A stretch of 35,169 nt of DNA from Octopus sinensis (Eukaryota). Below the pieces are notes generated by a model. The model was not told where the DNA came from. It saw only the letters and a program-made list of their open reading frames with translations, and searched no databases. Below are positions 11,748 to 24,120 of this stretch, one piece after another; positions within the stretch are counted from its first letter, which is position 1; each line of letters begins with the position of its first letter. Location: the NCBI RefSeq assembly GCF_006345805.1, contig NW_021829871.1, positions 1-35,169 on the forward strand, in the 5' to 3' direction. Both the position numbers and the translations under genes were made by a program.

Positions 11748-12657
11748 ATTTTGGCACGAGGCCTGTAATTTTGTGGCGATGGGTAATCTCTACATCGATC
11801 CCAGTAATTAGATGGTACTTATTTCATTAATCCTGAAAGGAGATAAGGCAAAGTCGACCTCGGTGCAATTTAAATAATCCTCTCTACTTTTGGCGCAAAG
11901 TTTGAAATCTTCTAGAAGATCGGGGCCTGTCGATCACATCGATCCAGTGCTCAACTGGTACTTACTTTATTGACTACGAAAGAATGAAAAATAAAAGCCT
12001 CGACGGGATCTGAGATCAACGTAAAGCTGAGAGGAAATGCTTCCAAGTATTTTGTCCAGTGCGGTAATGACCCTGCCAGTTCATCGCCAGCTTGTATTAT
12101 AGGCAGAAGACCTGAAACTTTGGGGGAGGGCCCTAATCGATTTCATTAGCCCCAGTGCTCAACTGATGTTTATTTAATCGTCTCCGAGAGGATGAAATGT
12201 AAAGTCGACCTCCGCGGAATTTGAACTCCGCGTAAAACATCCATGCATTTTGTCCGGTGCGGTAACGATAATGCCAGCTCACCGCCTTCTTATATAAGAA
12301 TAATAATCCATTCTGTTACTGACCTGAAAAGTTTGGGATGGGAGCTAATCGATTTCATGGGCCCAAATAGCGACTGGCACTTATCCTATTGACACCGAAA
12401 CGATGAAAGGCAAAGTGAACATCAGCGATATTTGAACTCACATACGAAAAACGGACGAAATGCCGCTAGGTATTTTGCCCGACATACTAAAGATTCTGTC
12501 GGCTCGGTGCCTTCATAATAACTTCAGATTTTGCCACAAGGCCAGCAATTTTTGGGAAAGGGGTATGTCGATTTGAACACCAGTGCTTGGCTGATGTTTT
12601 TTTTTATTGAACACAAAAGGATGAAAACAAAGTCGACCTCGGAGGAAATTGAACTTA
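11748..12657 (-). mobile_element. Five head-to-tail degenerate tRNA-derived SINE copies (central-domain family, tail type GCTGGCCTTGTGCCAAAA)
   Basis: The motif GAAAGGATGAAAGGCAAAGTCGACCTCGGCGGAATTTGAACTC, or variants, recurs at about 11845, 11980, 12190, 12400 and 12620. Its reverse complement gives a B-box (GTTCAAATTCC) followed by GCCTTTCATCCTTTC, which from memory resembles the Meta/MESC-type SINE core. Confidence 0.8.
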
Positions 12658-12929
12658 CTATATAAAGATCTGGATGAACTATAGCAGAATTAGAACTCAG
12701 ATATTAGATGACCACAAATGTGCAGCGTTGAGTATTTTTTGGAAACTAACGATTTTTCCAAATCCCTGACGTAACAAATAGCGCACAGTATTCTATTCCA
12801 TATTCTATCGGATCAACCAATTCGCTGTCAACAGAATCTATATATGCAGAACAGTGTAAATTGCTTTTAGACAGAAAATGTAGGTCACAAGAGAAAGAGA
12901 AGGTGGGGATAGGTAGGTAAGGAAGTAGA

Positions 12930-12931
12930 GG

Positions 12932-13001
<70 letters not shown>

Positions 13002-13004
13002 ATT

Positions 13005-13053
<49 letters not shown>

Positions 13054-13067
13054 GATGGATGGATGGG

Positions 13068-13118
<51 letters not shown>

Positions 13119-13213
13119 GGAAGGGGTGAGTGGGCGAATGTTTTAAGACACAAAATAGAAGAAAACTTGATGTTGTTATGTAACCTACGCAGTACATTAT
13201 TATTTTTCTTCTT

Positions 13214-13260
<47 letters not shown>
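12930..13260. repeat. (GATA)n array followed by (TTA)n
   Basis: Direct reading. Confidence 0.95.
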
Positions 13261-13452
13261 GAAACAAAAATATTTTCTGTCTATCGCAAGAACAAAATTG
13301 ATAAACAAGTTCCATAAGAAAGAAAATATTTTCTATAGACATAATTTGATAACTCTATTCACTGGACATTCCATTATTAAATTTCCTGTTATGTCTTAAA
13401 TAAAATACAAATGGTTATCTATTGTTTGTAATCTTCATTTATTGGTCGCGCG

Positions 13453-13875
13453 AAGGTGGTGAGCTGATAGAATTGGTACCGCGTTAGGCAAACTACTCAG
13501 TGGCATATCCTCTGGCACCTTACGCTCTGAGTTCTAATTCCTTTATGATGAATTTTGTTTTTGCAGCATTTCAGAGTCGATAAGATATAGTATCATCAAG
13601 GCTGGTCTCCATGTAATTGATTTAACTCCATCTGCTCAAAATTGCTGGCCTTTTGTCAAAATTAGAAACCATAATGCAATGCCAATGGCACAATGGTTAG
13701 CACATTAAACAATATGCCCAGCAACATTTCTTCCGGATGTCTATGTTCTTAGTTAAAATTCCGCCAAAGTTGACTTTGCCTGTTCTCAGAAACTTAGGTC
13801 GATCTAATTGACTTCATTTTCCCTGGAAAATGGCTGGCCCTTTGCCTAAACTTAAAAAATTACTGTACTAGTCCA
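13453..13875 (+). mobile_element. Two tandem degenerate SINE copies of the same family, sense orientation
   Basis: A-box-like GGTGGTGAGCTGATAGAA, B-box-like GAGTTCTAATTCC and tail ATTGCTGGCCTTTTGTCAAAATTAGAAACC; the second copy has AGTTAAAATTCCGCCAAAGTTGACTTTGCC. Confidence 0.7.
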
Positions 13876-14014
13876 CAAACTTCAAGGTCTTTTCTCTATC
13901 CTCGATTAAATTAATCTCAGTAGCTTATCTAGTTGTTACAGAGTGTCCAGACAAAGTTTGATAATTACTTTTACGCTTCCTTGTACTAGAGAACAACCAA
14001 TAGCGTCAAAGAAC

Positions 14015-14645
14015 GTCTCTACTACCCACAAGGGGCTAAACACAGAGGAGAGAAACAAGGACAGACAGACGGATTAAGTCGATTATATCGACGCCAGTGC
14101 GTAACTGGTACTTAAGTTATTGACACCGAAAGGATGAAAGGCAAAGTCGACCTCGGCGAAATTTGAACTCAGAACGTAACGGCAGACGAAATACCGCTAA
14201 GTTTTTTGTCCGACACACTGAAAATTCTGGTCAGTTAAACACACATCTAATATAATGTAATATAACGACTTCAAATTTTAGCTCAATTCTGGGGGAGAGG
14301 ACGAGTCAATTATATCGGCCACAGTGATCAAATGGTACTTATTATGTCGACCCGGAAAGGATGAAAGTCATAGTCGATCTCGGCGGAATTTGAACTTGAA
14401 AACGTACGAAATACTATCTTTACTGCCCACAAGGGGCTAAACACAGAGAGGATAAACAAGGAGAGACAAACGGAATATGTCGATCGTATCGACCCCAGTG
14501 CTAAACTGGTACTTATCTTATCGACCCCGAAAGGATGAAAGGCAAAGTTGACCTCGGTGGAATTTGAACTCAGAACGTAGCGGCAGACGAAATACTGCTA
14601 AGCATTTCGCCCGACATGCTAACGAGTCTGCCAACTCGCCGCCTT
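14015..14645 (-). mobile_element. Three SINE copies; 14414-14645 is near full length with the alternative tail (TTTAGCCCCTTGTGGGCAGTAAAGATAG)
   Basis: The minus strand of 14645-14414 reads GGCGGCGAGTTGGCAGA (A-box)...GAGTTCAAATTCCACCGAGGTCAACTTTGCCTTTCATCCTTTCGGGGTCGATAAGATAAGTACCAG... Copies at 14015-14235 and 14266-14413 are more degenerate. Confidence 0.88.
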
Positions 14646-15070
14646 GATATAATGTAATACAATATGATATTTTGTTAATTCTTTTACTTTTTTCAGTCAT
14701 TGAACTGCAGCCATTAATATGATATAACTCAATCTCATATAATTAAATATAACAATTTAATATAAAATAGCATATTGTAATATAATATAATATATTATCT
14801 AGTAATAAATATAATGGCAGTTTGAAATTACACACATGCACGCACATGTACACATGCATTCGCACATACACACACACACCTTCCCTGTTGATGGTTAGTA
14901 CAAAAATCCATTAAATAGCAGCAGAAATACATAACCTAAACACAGATATTAACTTGTACTCACTAGGAGTTCAGGAAGAATTATTTATAAATGCATTTAT
15001 ATCAACTTAAATTAACAATCCTGATCCATCAAGGAAACACATCATTAGCGGAGCATTATATTTAGTTACA

Positions 15071-15123
<53 letters not shown>

Positions 15124-15374
15124 GTTATTATTTTTATTTTATTTTTATTTTTTGATTGCTTTTTCGCATCGCAATTTAACGTTTTGAAAATAAAATATGG
15201 CTGCCAGCCAATGAACTGATACGACCCGTGGTATTCGTAATGAGTCGAAGTTTATCTTGCTAACTTTATACAATGATGCTTTAACGAAATCTTCGGTATA
15301 TAAATGCATAAGATTGCTTTCGCAAAACGTCTTTTTTTTTCTTCTCTGTAGCTATTTATACATGTGTTCTGAAA

Positions 15375-15690
15375 TGCGGCGAGCTGGACGAAAAAAATAA
15401 AATAAAAGGAAAATTGCTTAGCGGTATTTCTTACGACTCACTACGATCTGAGTTCAAATCCCGTACGTATCTTGCAGGTTTTGTGTCATGAAGCGCTTGA
15501 TTGCCAACCACACAATTCCGGATTCAGTCCCGATGCGTTGCCTCTTGAGCAATTCTCTTTTACTACACCACCAGGCCGACCAAAGAGGATGAAAGGCAAA
15601 GTGGACCTTGGTCGGATTTGAACTAAGAGTTTACAGACCAAGAAGAAATATTGTAACCATTGTATCTGACGCTCTAACGATTGTGCCAAT
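15375..15690. mobile_element. Mosaic of three SINE fragments: central-domain SINE head (+), CORE-like SINE head (+), central-domain SINE head/core (-)
   Basis: GCGGCGAGCTGG...GAGTTCAAATCCC; then CCGGATTCAGTCCCGATGCGTTGCCTCTTGAGCAATT...CCAGGCCGACCAAAG; then AGGATGAAAGGCAAAGTGGACCTTGGTCGGATTTGAACT. Confidence 0.7.
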
Positions 15691-15925
15691 CAAGAGGAGA
15701 GGGGAATCGAGTCGAAACAATCACTACTACCACCACCACCAACAACAACACCGCCAACACTAGCACCACCACAACAACAACAACAACTACTACTACTACT
15801 ACAAAATGTATCCTTTATATAATCATTCAATATGCAAGAAGTGACAGCGAAATTTTTTTTTTAATCACTTCTATAAACTTGAAACAAATAGCAAGGAGAG
15901 AGCGGAAAAGTTAGTCCTCAATATA

Positions 15926-16145
15926 CCAGGGGTGCTGGAAGGTTCCTAGCTCTGTGTAAAAGAAAATGCAGGAAGATCAGTTAATTATGATCTAATTCAA
16001 AATATTCCTTCCCCTCACAGGTTCATACACTTATTGCAACTGTCCTTTCTTTTTTCTAAGTCCTGTAAAAGAACTTAGAAGATTGAGCCTTCAACCTGGC
16101 CTTTCGTGACACCCTTAAAGTCAAGAACTATTTAGCACCCCCTCG
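15926..16145. mobile_element. Tc1/mariner-type MITE (220 bp)
   Basis: TIRs CCAGGGGTGCTGGAAGGTTCCTAG versus reverse complement CGAGGGGGTGCTAAATAGTTCTTG. TA on the left and TG (mutated TA) on the right. The terminal C(G/C)AGGGG is typical of mariner-family ends. Confidence 0.8.
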
Positions 16146-16160
16146 TGTAACCTATGTATC

Positions 16161-16600
16161 ATACTTTTCGATAGCACCGTCCTACGTGCGCTCTCAAACG
16201 CAAGTGAGACGTGGACAATAAAAAAGAGGTAAGATCATTGACTGGCCACGCTGCAAAGGGCCATAGAAAGATCTCTTCTAGGAATATTGTTGAGAGGCCG
16301 TATCCGATGTCAGGCTGATTCGAGAACGAAGTGGCGTAAACGACTTTTTCACTGAATACCAAAGTAATATGTAGTTTTGCTGGGCCGGATATATTGCAAT
16401 GTTCACAGAGAACAGAGGAAGCCGTGCAGTTGCTAAGTGGCATCTAAGAGATTGGAAAATGTCACTCGGAAGACCTTCATGACAATAGTGAGATTTCGTC
16501 AAATGGTTTGAGCCAAGGTGAAAAAGTAGGGCGCAGTCAAGAGAGAGAGCTTGATGCACATTTGGACCAACGGTTTATTAAATCTGATAGTTTGGATACT
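16161..16600 (+). pseudogene. Degenerate RTE-clade LINE ORF C-terminus
   Basis: ILFDSTVLRALSNASETWTIKKR*DH*LATLQRAIERSLLGI...(frameshift)LIRERSGVNDF...CWAGYIAMFTENRGSRAVAKWHLRDWKMSLGRP matches the RTE motifs LFDSTVLPAL.YASETW, QRAMER..LG, WAGH..R and W.PR...R..GRP. It has multiple stops. The right boundary is approximate. Confidence 0.85.
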
Positions 16601-17354
16601 ACAGTGATAGAGTTATATATGTATGGAAAGGCGTGATGGTCTCGTGTGGAATCTCATCGATCTTTTGTCTCTCCACAAACGCAACAGCAATTGTTAAAGA
16701 ACTCATATTTAGAAATAGCAACCAAATCTCACTAAAATTAAAATCGTGCCTTGCAAAGTTGAAAATATCTAACGCGAATACATTTTCAAATGTACTCTTA
16801 AATACACATGGCAAATACGTAGACTGATCAAACCTATCAGGGTTGACCTGGAAAGGAAACAACAGCAACAACAACCATAGGAAATATTACAGACACAACA
16901 ATTAAAATATTCTTGTAAAGAATCTCTCTGCGAGTATGATTGACAAATAATAATGATATGAAGAATGAAAAAATTCCCGCTAGAATTTCCCAGGCTTCTT
17001 AAGAGACCCATAATAAACTCTCGAATTTTCACTAATGAGACAACTTGGAAAGTTCCCAGGAGATTACAACACAAAGTCTTCGACTTTGGTAATGATGGAA
17101 TCCAATGCCAAAAGCAAACTCTATTATAGAACTGTACTGATATTACCAAGTTTAGTTAGGTTTTTCGAGTAGACCAAAATATGGAGTCAATGAAATGATA
17201 TTGACGGAAACGTAAGAGAAATAACGACTTCCTCTGATGAGGGCACTCTGCCAATATCTTATTTTTATTTCTTCTTATATTTGAGCGAGGAGGGTTTCTT
17301 GCAATTCCAATGACCGCCGTTTATGACTGTGATGTATATTATCTTTATTATATT

Positions 17355-17730
17355 TTTTTACTTGTTTTAGTCTTTGAACTGCAGCCACGCCGGAGCAGCA
17401 CATTGAAGGTTTTCTTTATTTTTTTTTGTTAGTCGAGCGTACAGACCCAGGTGTACTAATTTTCAAAGTTTGGTACTTACTTTATCGATGTCTTTGTTTC
17501 AATCATTTGACTGCGGCCATGCTAGAGCACCGCTTTGAAGAAATTCTTTTTTAGTCGAACAAATCTACCCCACCCCATGCCAATTATTTATTGTTAAAGT
17601 CTGGTACTTAATCGACCTATGTCATTGTTTCAGTGACTGCGCTGCAGCCATGCTGGAGCACCGCCTAGAAGTGTTTTTTTTCTTGCGAAAACAAAGGACA
17701 CCAGTACGTTTTTATAAGTCTGGGCCTTAT
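17355..17730 (-). mobile_element. Three tandem 3'-tail fragments of the CORE-like SINE
   Basis: Variants of TTTCAGTCATTTGACTGCGGCCATGCTGGAGCACCGCC at about 17365, 17497 and 17628. Confidence 0.75.
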
Positions 17731-17829
17731 AAAAGTCCCAAACTTTAAAACCTAACTAAACGTGGCTTGTCATCCTGACGTACCCGGAATAATGAACCAA
17801 AATTGAGCTAGTGGACTTTCTTTAATCTG

Positions 17830-18280
<451 letters not shown>

Positions 18281-19259
18281 GTTCTTATTTGTAATTTTTA
18301 CCACCAAAGAAACTATTAGCCGATCCTTGCTCATGTTTGCCAACCGTTAGAAAAGCCCTTAAAATTCGAAACGATAATTTGTATCTTCATCCCTAATCCA
18401 TTCCGGCAGATTCGAGCCCAAATATACTAATCGCTGTTACGTCCCTCACAGGATAACAACTATTGGGACCGTATGGTTTGGAAACAAACTTCTTACCACG
18501 GAGTCACGTCTGGTTCTTATTTGTAATTTTTACCACCAAAGAAACTATTAGCCGATCCTTGCTCATGTTTGCCAACCGTTAGAAAAGCCCTTAAAATTCG
18601 AAACGATAATTTGTATCTTCATCCCTATTCCATTCCGCCAGATTCGAGCCCAAATGTGCTAATCGCTGTTACGTCCCTCACAGGATAACAGCTTCTCCTT
18701 TACAACGAGTATTAATTCTCGCTTATCAACCGTTCCAGTGTTTGACTGTCTGCAGACGGTCGCTGTATCAGTGAATCATAAAAGACGATATCATTGCTTT
18801 TTTCCTCCTTTTCTGTACTAAAAAGATTGAGTTCACAACAGATTAACAAGAAATATCCGTTTTCGAATCATTTTCCCCGGCTATATTGAATGTAGTTTGT
18901 CAAATAAATATACTCATATACACGTTGCCTCCAGTTCATCCGGTTAGCTGTAATTGGTATTGAAGGAGTATTTCTGTTGAGTTTGAAGCATTTTATGAAT
19001 GCAGTCAAACGGAAATGCGAACGCAATAACAATAGGATTTTAATACAACATAGCTTTGTTATTTTTCTTAAAATGTTCGATGTCAGAAAGTATTTTTTTT
19101 TTTTAAAATAAATCCAGTATAAAAGTGTATAAAAGAGAAAACAAAAAAGAAATATTATGAAAGAAAGTAAAAATTATCAACAGTTTTCTGTCGATGCGCG
19201 AGGCTAAAGTAAAGTAGTCATGTTTAATTTGGAATAAATTACACACATACACTCATTTT

Positions 19260-19388
19260 ACATATACACATACACACACTCACATGCATACACATGTACG
19301 TATTTGCATGTGCGAATCAATGGAAGTTATTGCGTGTATATGTGTTGTGTGTGTGCGGCTGTGTATGTGTTTGTATATATATATAATA

Positions 19389-19453
<65 letters not shown>

Positions 19454-19580
19454 ATATATACATATATATATACACCTATATCATATATATATATAATAAT
19501 AATGATAATGATAATGATAATAATGATGATGATGATCATCATCATCATCATGATGGTGATGATGATGGTGGTGGTGGTGG

Positions 19581-19622
<42 letters not shown>

Positions 19623-19666
19623 CGACGATGACAATGATGACGATGAAAATGATGATCACGACGACG

Positions 19667-19727
<61 letters not shown>

Positions 19728-19977
19728 TGATGATGATGATGATGATATATGAACGTGTATGTGAGCATGTATTTTTGTATTCGTATAAATAACAAGTAGT
19801 GAAATGTACTGAGGACATAAATTTAATTCTGAAATTGAAAATACTTGTTAAAGGACTGAAGTTGACAATGTTGATTTGACAACCTGAAATGTTTTACTAT
19901 GAAAGACACGGCAGACACAATATAACAATATAGAAATATGTAGAATGATAGAGAGACAGACAGATAGATAGATAAAA

Positions 19978-20010
<33 letters not shown>

Positions 20011-20026
20011 TAGATAGACAGGTATG

Positions 20027-20088
<62 letters not shown>

Positions 20089-20125
20089 CAGGTATGGATA
20101 GATAGATAGATAGATAGATAGATAT

Positions 20126-20162
<37 letters not shown>

Positions 20163-20355
20163 CAGGCATGGATAGATGTTACGTGTTTGTGTGTGTGTGT
20201 GTGTGTATCTCTATATAAAACAGTAATATAATCGTATATATATTCTTACACATGTATAGGTGATATTCCAAAATTTATACAAACATGCTCATACGCATAC
20301 ACACTCATACAGACGACTATATTGCGCGCACACGTGTATATATACGTATATATAC

Positions 20356-20398
<43 letters not shown>

Positions 20399-20423
20399 AT
20401 ATATATAATATATATATATATAT

Positions 20424-20454
<31 letters not shown>

Positions 20455-20790
20455 TCGCATGCATATTTCTCTATTTTTATAATTCTGTCATCCGTAAACG
20501 AACGGGCCATACATACCACTGCTGCTTCTGATGATGATGATGACGATGATGATGATGATGACGACGATTATGATGACGATGACGATGATGATGATGACGA
20601 TGATGATGATAACGATGATGACGACGATGACGATGATGATGATGATGGTGATGATTATGATGACGATGACGATTATGATGATGATGACGATGATGATGAT
20701 GATGATGGCGACGATTATGATGATCATGATGATGATCATGATCATGATGAAGAGGAGGAGGAGGAGGAGGAGGTTAACACATCATGATAA
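19260..20790. repeat. Microsatellite cluster: (CA)/(TG)/(TA), compound (AAT/GAT/CAT/GGT/GAC)n, (GATA)n, (GAT/GAC)n-(GAG)n
   Basis: Direct reading. The poly-M/D/I/H ORFs are artefacts. Confidence 0.92.
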
Positions 20791-21129
20791 TTAATGGTAA
20801 TAATAACTGCAATAATAATTAATTAATATTTGCCCAGTAACCGAGTGCACCGCACATAGGAGCTCGTTAATCATATTTTTGGTAAACTTCCAGCGGCATC
20901 ATGTTGAGGTTCCAACGGTTTTACTTCCTGTGAAGTTACAATTCCTCGCTTTAATTGGTTTACTGGAGCTGATCTAACGACCACGTGACTAAATTAGGAA
21001 GATGTTTCCTGAAATACTTGTGATCAGGACATTCTGGAACTGGTAGACGTATTGTTATGCCCATGTACATGTGCATGTATGTATATGAGGAGGGGTGTTT
21101 GTGTACGGGTATGTATAATGAGAGACACA

Positions 21130-21489
21130 GAAATGAGAGAGAGAGAGAGAGAGAAGAAGAAAGTCAAACAGAGGTAGATACATAATGAGGGACAGACAGG
21201 CGGACTGACAGACAGAGAGATAAATAGATTGATAGACTAAGAGAAAGATGGATAGAGGGAAACATTGATAGAGAGATTGAAGCATAATTAGAAATCCAGA
21301 CATGTGCATTGAGAGAGAGAGAGAGAGAGAGAAGAAGAAGAAAGTCAACAGAGGTAGATACATAATGAGGGACAGACAGGCGGACTGACAGACAGAGAGA
21401 TAAATAGATTGATAGACTAAGAGAAAGATGGATAGAGGGAACATTGATGGAGAGATTGAAGCATAATTAGAAATCCAGACATGTGCATT

Positions 21490-21520
<31 letters not shown>

Positions 21521-21670
21521 AGAAAGTCAAACAGAGGTAGATACATAATGAGGGACAGACAGGCGGACTGACAGACAGAGAGATAAATAGATTGATAGAC
21601 TAAGAGAAAGATGGATAGAGGGAAACATTGATAGAGAGATTGAAGCATAATTAGAAATCCAGACATGTGC

Positions 21671-21704
<34 letters not shown>

Positions 21705-21857
21705 AGAAGAAAGTCAAACAGAGGTAGATACATAATGAGGGACAGACAGGCGGACTGACAGACAGAGAGATAAATAGATTGATAGACTAAGAGAAAGATG
21801 GATAGAGGGAAACATTGATGGAGAGATTGAAGCATAATTAGAAATCCAGACATGTGC

Positions 21858-21898
<41 letters not shown>
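21130..21898. repeat. Four-copy ~180-bp tandem repeat with variable (GA)n spacers
   Basis: Unit AAGAAAGTCAAACAGAGGTAGATACATAATGAGG...AATCCAGACATGTGCATT starts at about 21155, 21335, 21519 and 21706. Confidence 0.95.
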
Positions 21899-21900
<2 letters not shown>

Positions 21901-22090
21901 TTCTTTTATTCCTTTATTCCTTTATTCTTTTACTTGTTCAGTTATTTGACTGTGGCCATTCTGAAGCACCACCTTTTAGTCGAAGATATCGACGCCTTGA
22001 TTTATTCTTTGTAAGCCTGGTGCTTATTCTATCGGTCTCTTGTGCCGAACCACTACGTTACGGGGACGTAAATACACCAACATCGATTGG
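21901..22090 (-). mobile_element. 5'-truncated CORE-like SINE
   Basis: Colinear with 26321-26505: TTATTCTTTGTAAGCCTGGTGCTTATTCTATCGGTCTCTTGTGCCGAACC...GGGGACGTAAATACACC. Confidence 0.85.
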
Positions 22091-22667
22091 TGTATTTTCA
22101 ACATACCTTGACACCAGTGATTACTCATCACAGAATTATAGAATTTGCAGTATTACTGAAGAGGCTTGACAGGTGAGGACTTGTTTTTAGACTGGGCTTA
22201 GCTTCACTAATATCACGTGAGTGAAATTTGAATCACGGAAATTGTGTGGAAGCATGCCGCATATATATATTTATGTTTGTGTGTGTGTATGTGTGTCTAT
22301 TATTGTGCTCGTGATTGTAAGGTTGTGGTTTCCATTCGTGGGCCAGGCACTGTTCATGAGCAAACACCTGATTTTATTCCTGGCAGGGATGAAGAGAGCT
22401 GTTTGCTCACTTCTCTACTGGGCTCATGATCTCTATCTATATCTTCCTTTCTCCATCTTTAACATTTTCGCCTTCAATTTTGCTCCCCATCTCTTTGCAC
22501 CCATACCCAACAAATTATTCTATATTTTTACCTGACATTCTCCGTCATATTGATGCTCTAATAAACTAACGCGTGGAATAATGTTTTTATCCCACGAAGA
22601 AGGTTTAATTCCGAAAAGTCGAAAAACATTTTCCACCTTCATATGAACCTAAGAAAACTCACCCTTT

Positions 22668-22689
22668 ACACACACACACACAAACTCCT

Positions 22690-22727
<38 letters not shown>

Positions 22728-22779
22728 GCACACATATATATACATATATATACATATATATACATATATATATATATAT

Positions 22780-22814
<35 letters not shown>

Positions 22815-22881
22815 ATATATACATACATATATAAATACATTCACACACACACACACATATATATATACATATATATATATA

Positions 22882-22912
<31 letters not shown>

Positions 22913-22951
22913 TTATATATATATATATATATATACATATTCATATACGCG

Positions 22952-22983
<32 letters not shown>

Positions 22984-22985
22984 TG
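22668..22985. repeat. (CA)n-(TA)n-(TG)n-(CA)n-(TA)n-(TATG)n array
   Basis: Direct reading. Confidence 0.95.
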
Positions 22986-23077
22986 GGTATTCTGCGATTC
23001 ATATTGCCAAACAATAATGTCTTTCGAAGAATTCTTTTACCGAGTTACAAGGACTCACTCACGAATTATATGATTGG

Positions 23078-23149
23078 TCTCATGTGGTCTAATGTTTAGG
23101 ATTCCTGACTTTCACTGTGACAGCCCTCGTTCGATTTCTGGCATATGAA
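23078..23149 (+). pseudogene. tRNA-Glu(TTC)-derived pseudogene / SINE head
   Basis: The 72 nt TCTCATGTGGTCTAATGTTTAGGATTCCTGACTTTCACTGTGACAGCCCTCGTTCGATTTCTGGCATATGAA align without gaps to the eukaryotic tRNA-Glu(UUC) pattern TCCCATATGGTCTAGCGGTTAGGATTCCTGGTTTTCACC..., with TTC at the anticodon. Acceptor and anticodon stems are broken. It is followed by a SINE tail at about 23160-23210. Confidence 0.75.
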
Positions 23150-24120
23150 CGCACGAATTAGAAAAGCGGTGCCCCAGCATGGCCGCAATCCATTAACTTA
23201 AACAGGTAAACGGTAAAACGTATTAATTCGCATATTCAGAAATTCAGCAAACCTATGATTGTTCCAATGGAAACCTATATCGAACTCCGATATCGTTCAC
23301 AAATTATAGTAGTAGAAAAAAATTAAGGAATCAAAAGAAAAACATGGAGGAAATTTGTCATTAGCAATATAAACCCATTAAATCGGTTATATTCTTCTAC
23401 AAGGTTTGCTGTATTATGTTTATATTATGCATCATTATCACAAGAATTCTGAAGAATGGAAGGCTAAATTGTTGTATTCCCCATTTACGGTGAGAATTAT
23501 GGCTAATGGTTATTTGTTTCTGCTTTCACGACAGGAATTTATTTCCAAAAACGATTGCAGGAGTGTGGAATCGGTAGAGGACTCCCGTTATAACGGCAGC
23601 AAAGAAGAAGTGCGGTCGCAGGAGGAGAGAAAGAGATAATCCAAATGTTTTGAGAATCGTAAATAATTGTCTTCCAAGCAGTTATATTTCTAGTACTTTC
23701 TACAACGAAAACAACAACAACAATAGCAATAACCACAACAGCAACAGCACACATAACAATCAGCATAATAACCACTATCACAACAACGATGGCAACAACA
23801 ATTCTTGTATGTATTGTTGTTGGTTAAACGGCTGGTGGTTGACGTAAGCGATTGCTTCACATTACCTTGCTTGCTTGCCAAATAAACAATAATGTGTTGT
23901 GTGGAAGTGTGCCAATATTAACCGTTTGCCTGTCCAAATCATTTCCATAAGATTGTCCTAAATATTCATGCTTTCACTCAGCCCTTGTTACATAAGTTCT
24001 GTGTAACAGAAAGATTTTCTTTCATAAGGCACGACTTACTCTGATAGTCGAAAAAGCTGAGTACGTATATCATATATACATCAGTATATATGATATATAT
24101 ATACATATATATATATATAT

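Noticed and set aside
16600-16880. Possible old SINE ending in a (CAA)n tail, perhaps related to 24880-25040
   Set aside because: Similarity rests on recollection and is too weak to confirm within the window.
17170-17260. CTGATGAG plus upstream GAAACGTA, suggesting a hammerhead
   Set aside because: Stem II cannot be closed in either topology; at most a decayed relic.
21130-21898. CRISPR-like array
   Set aside because: Eukaryotic context, ~160-bp constant units separated only by (GA)n, no unique spacers and no cas genes.
22590-22625. ACGAAGAAGG...CCGAAAAGTC hammerhead-like string
   Set aside because: Two core mismatches, a 2-bp stem II and no ACGU palindrome.
23078-23149. Functional tRNA-Glu gene
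   Set aside because: Acceptor and anticodon stems are disrupted and a SINE tail follows.
23534-23640. Exon or CR1/L2-like C-terminal relic (FPKTIAGVWNR)
   Set aside because: One weak motif followed by a stop, with no supporting context.
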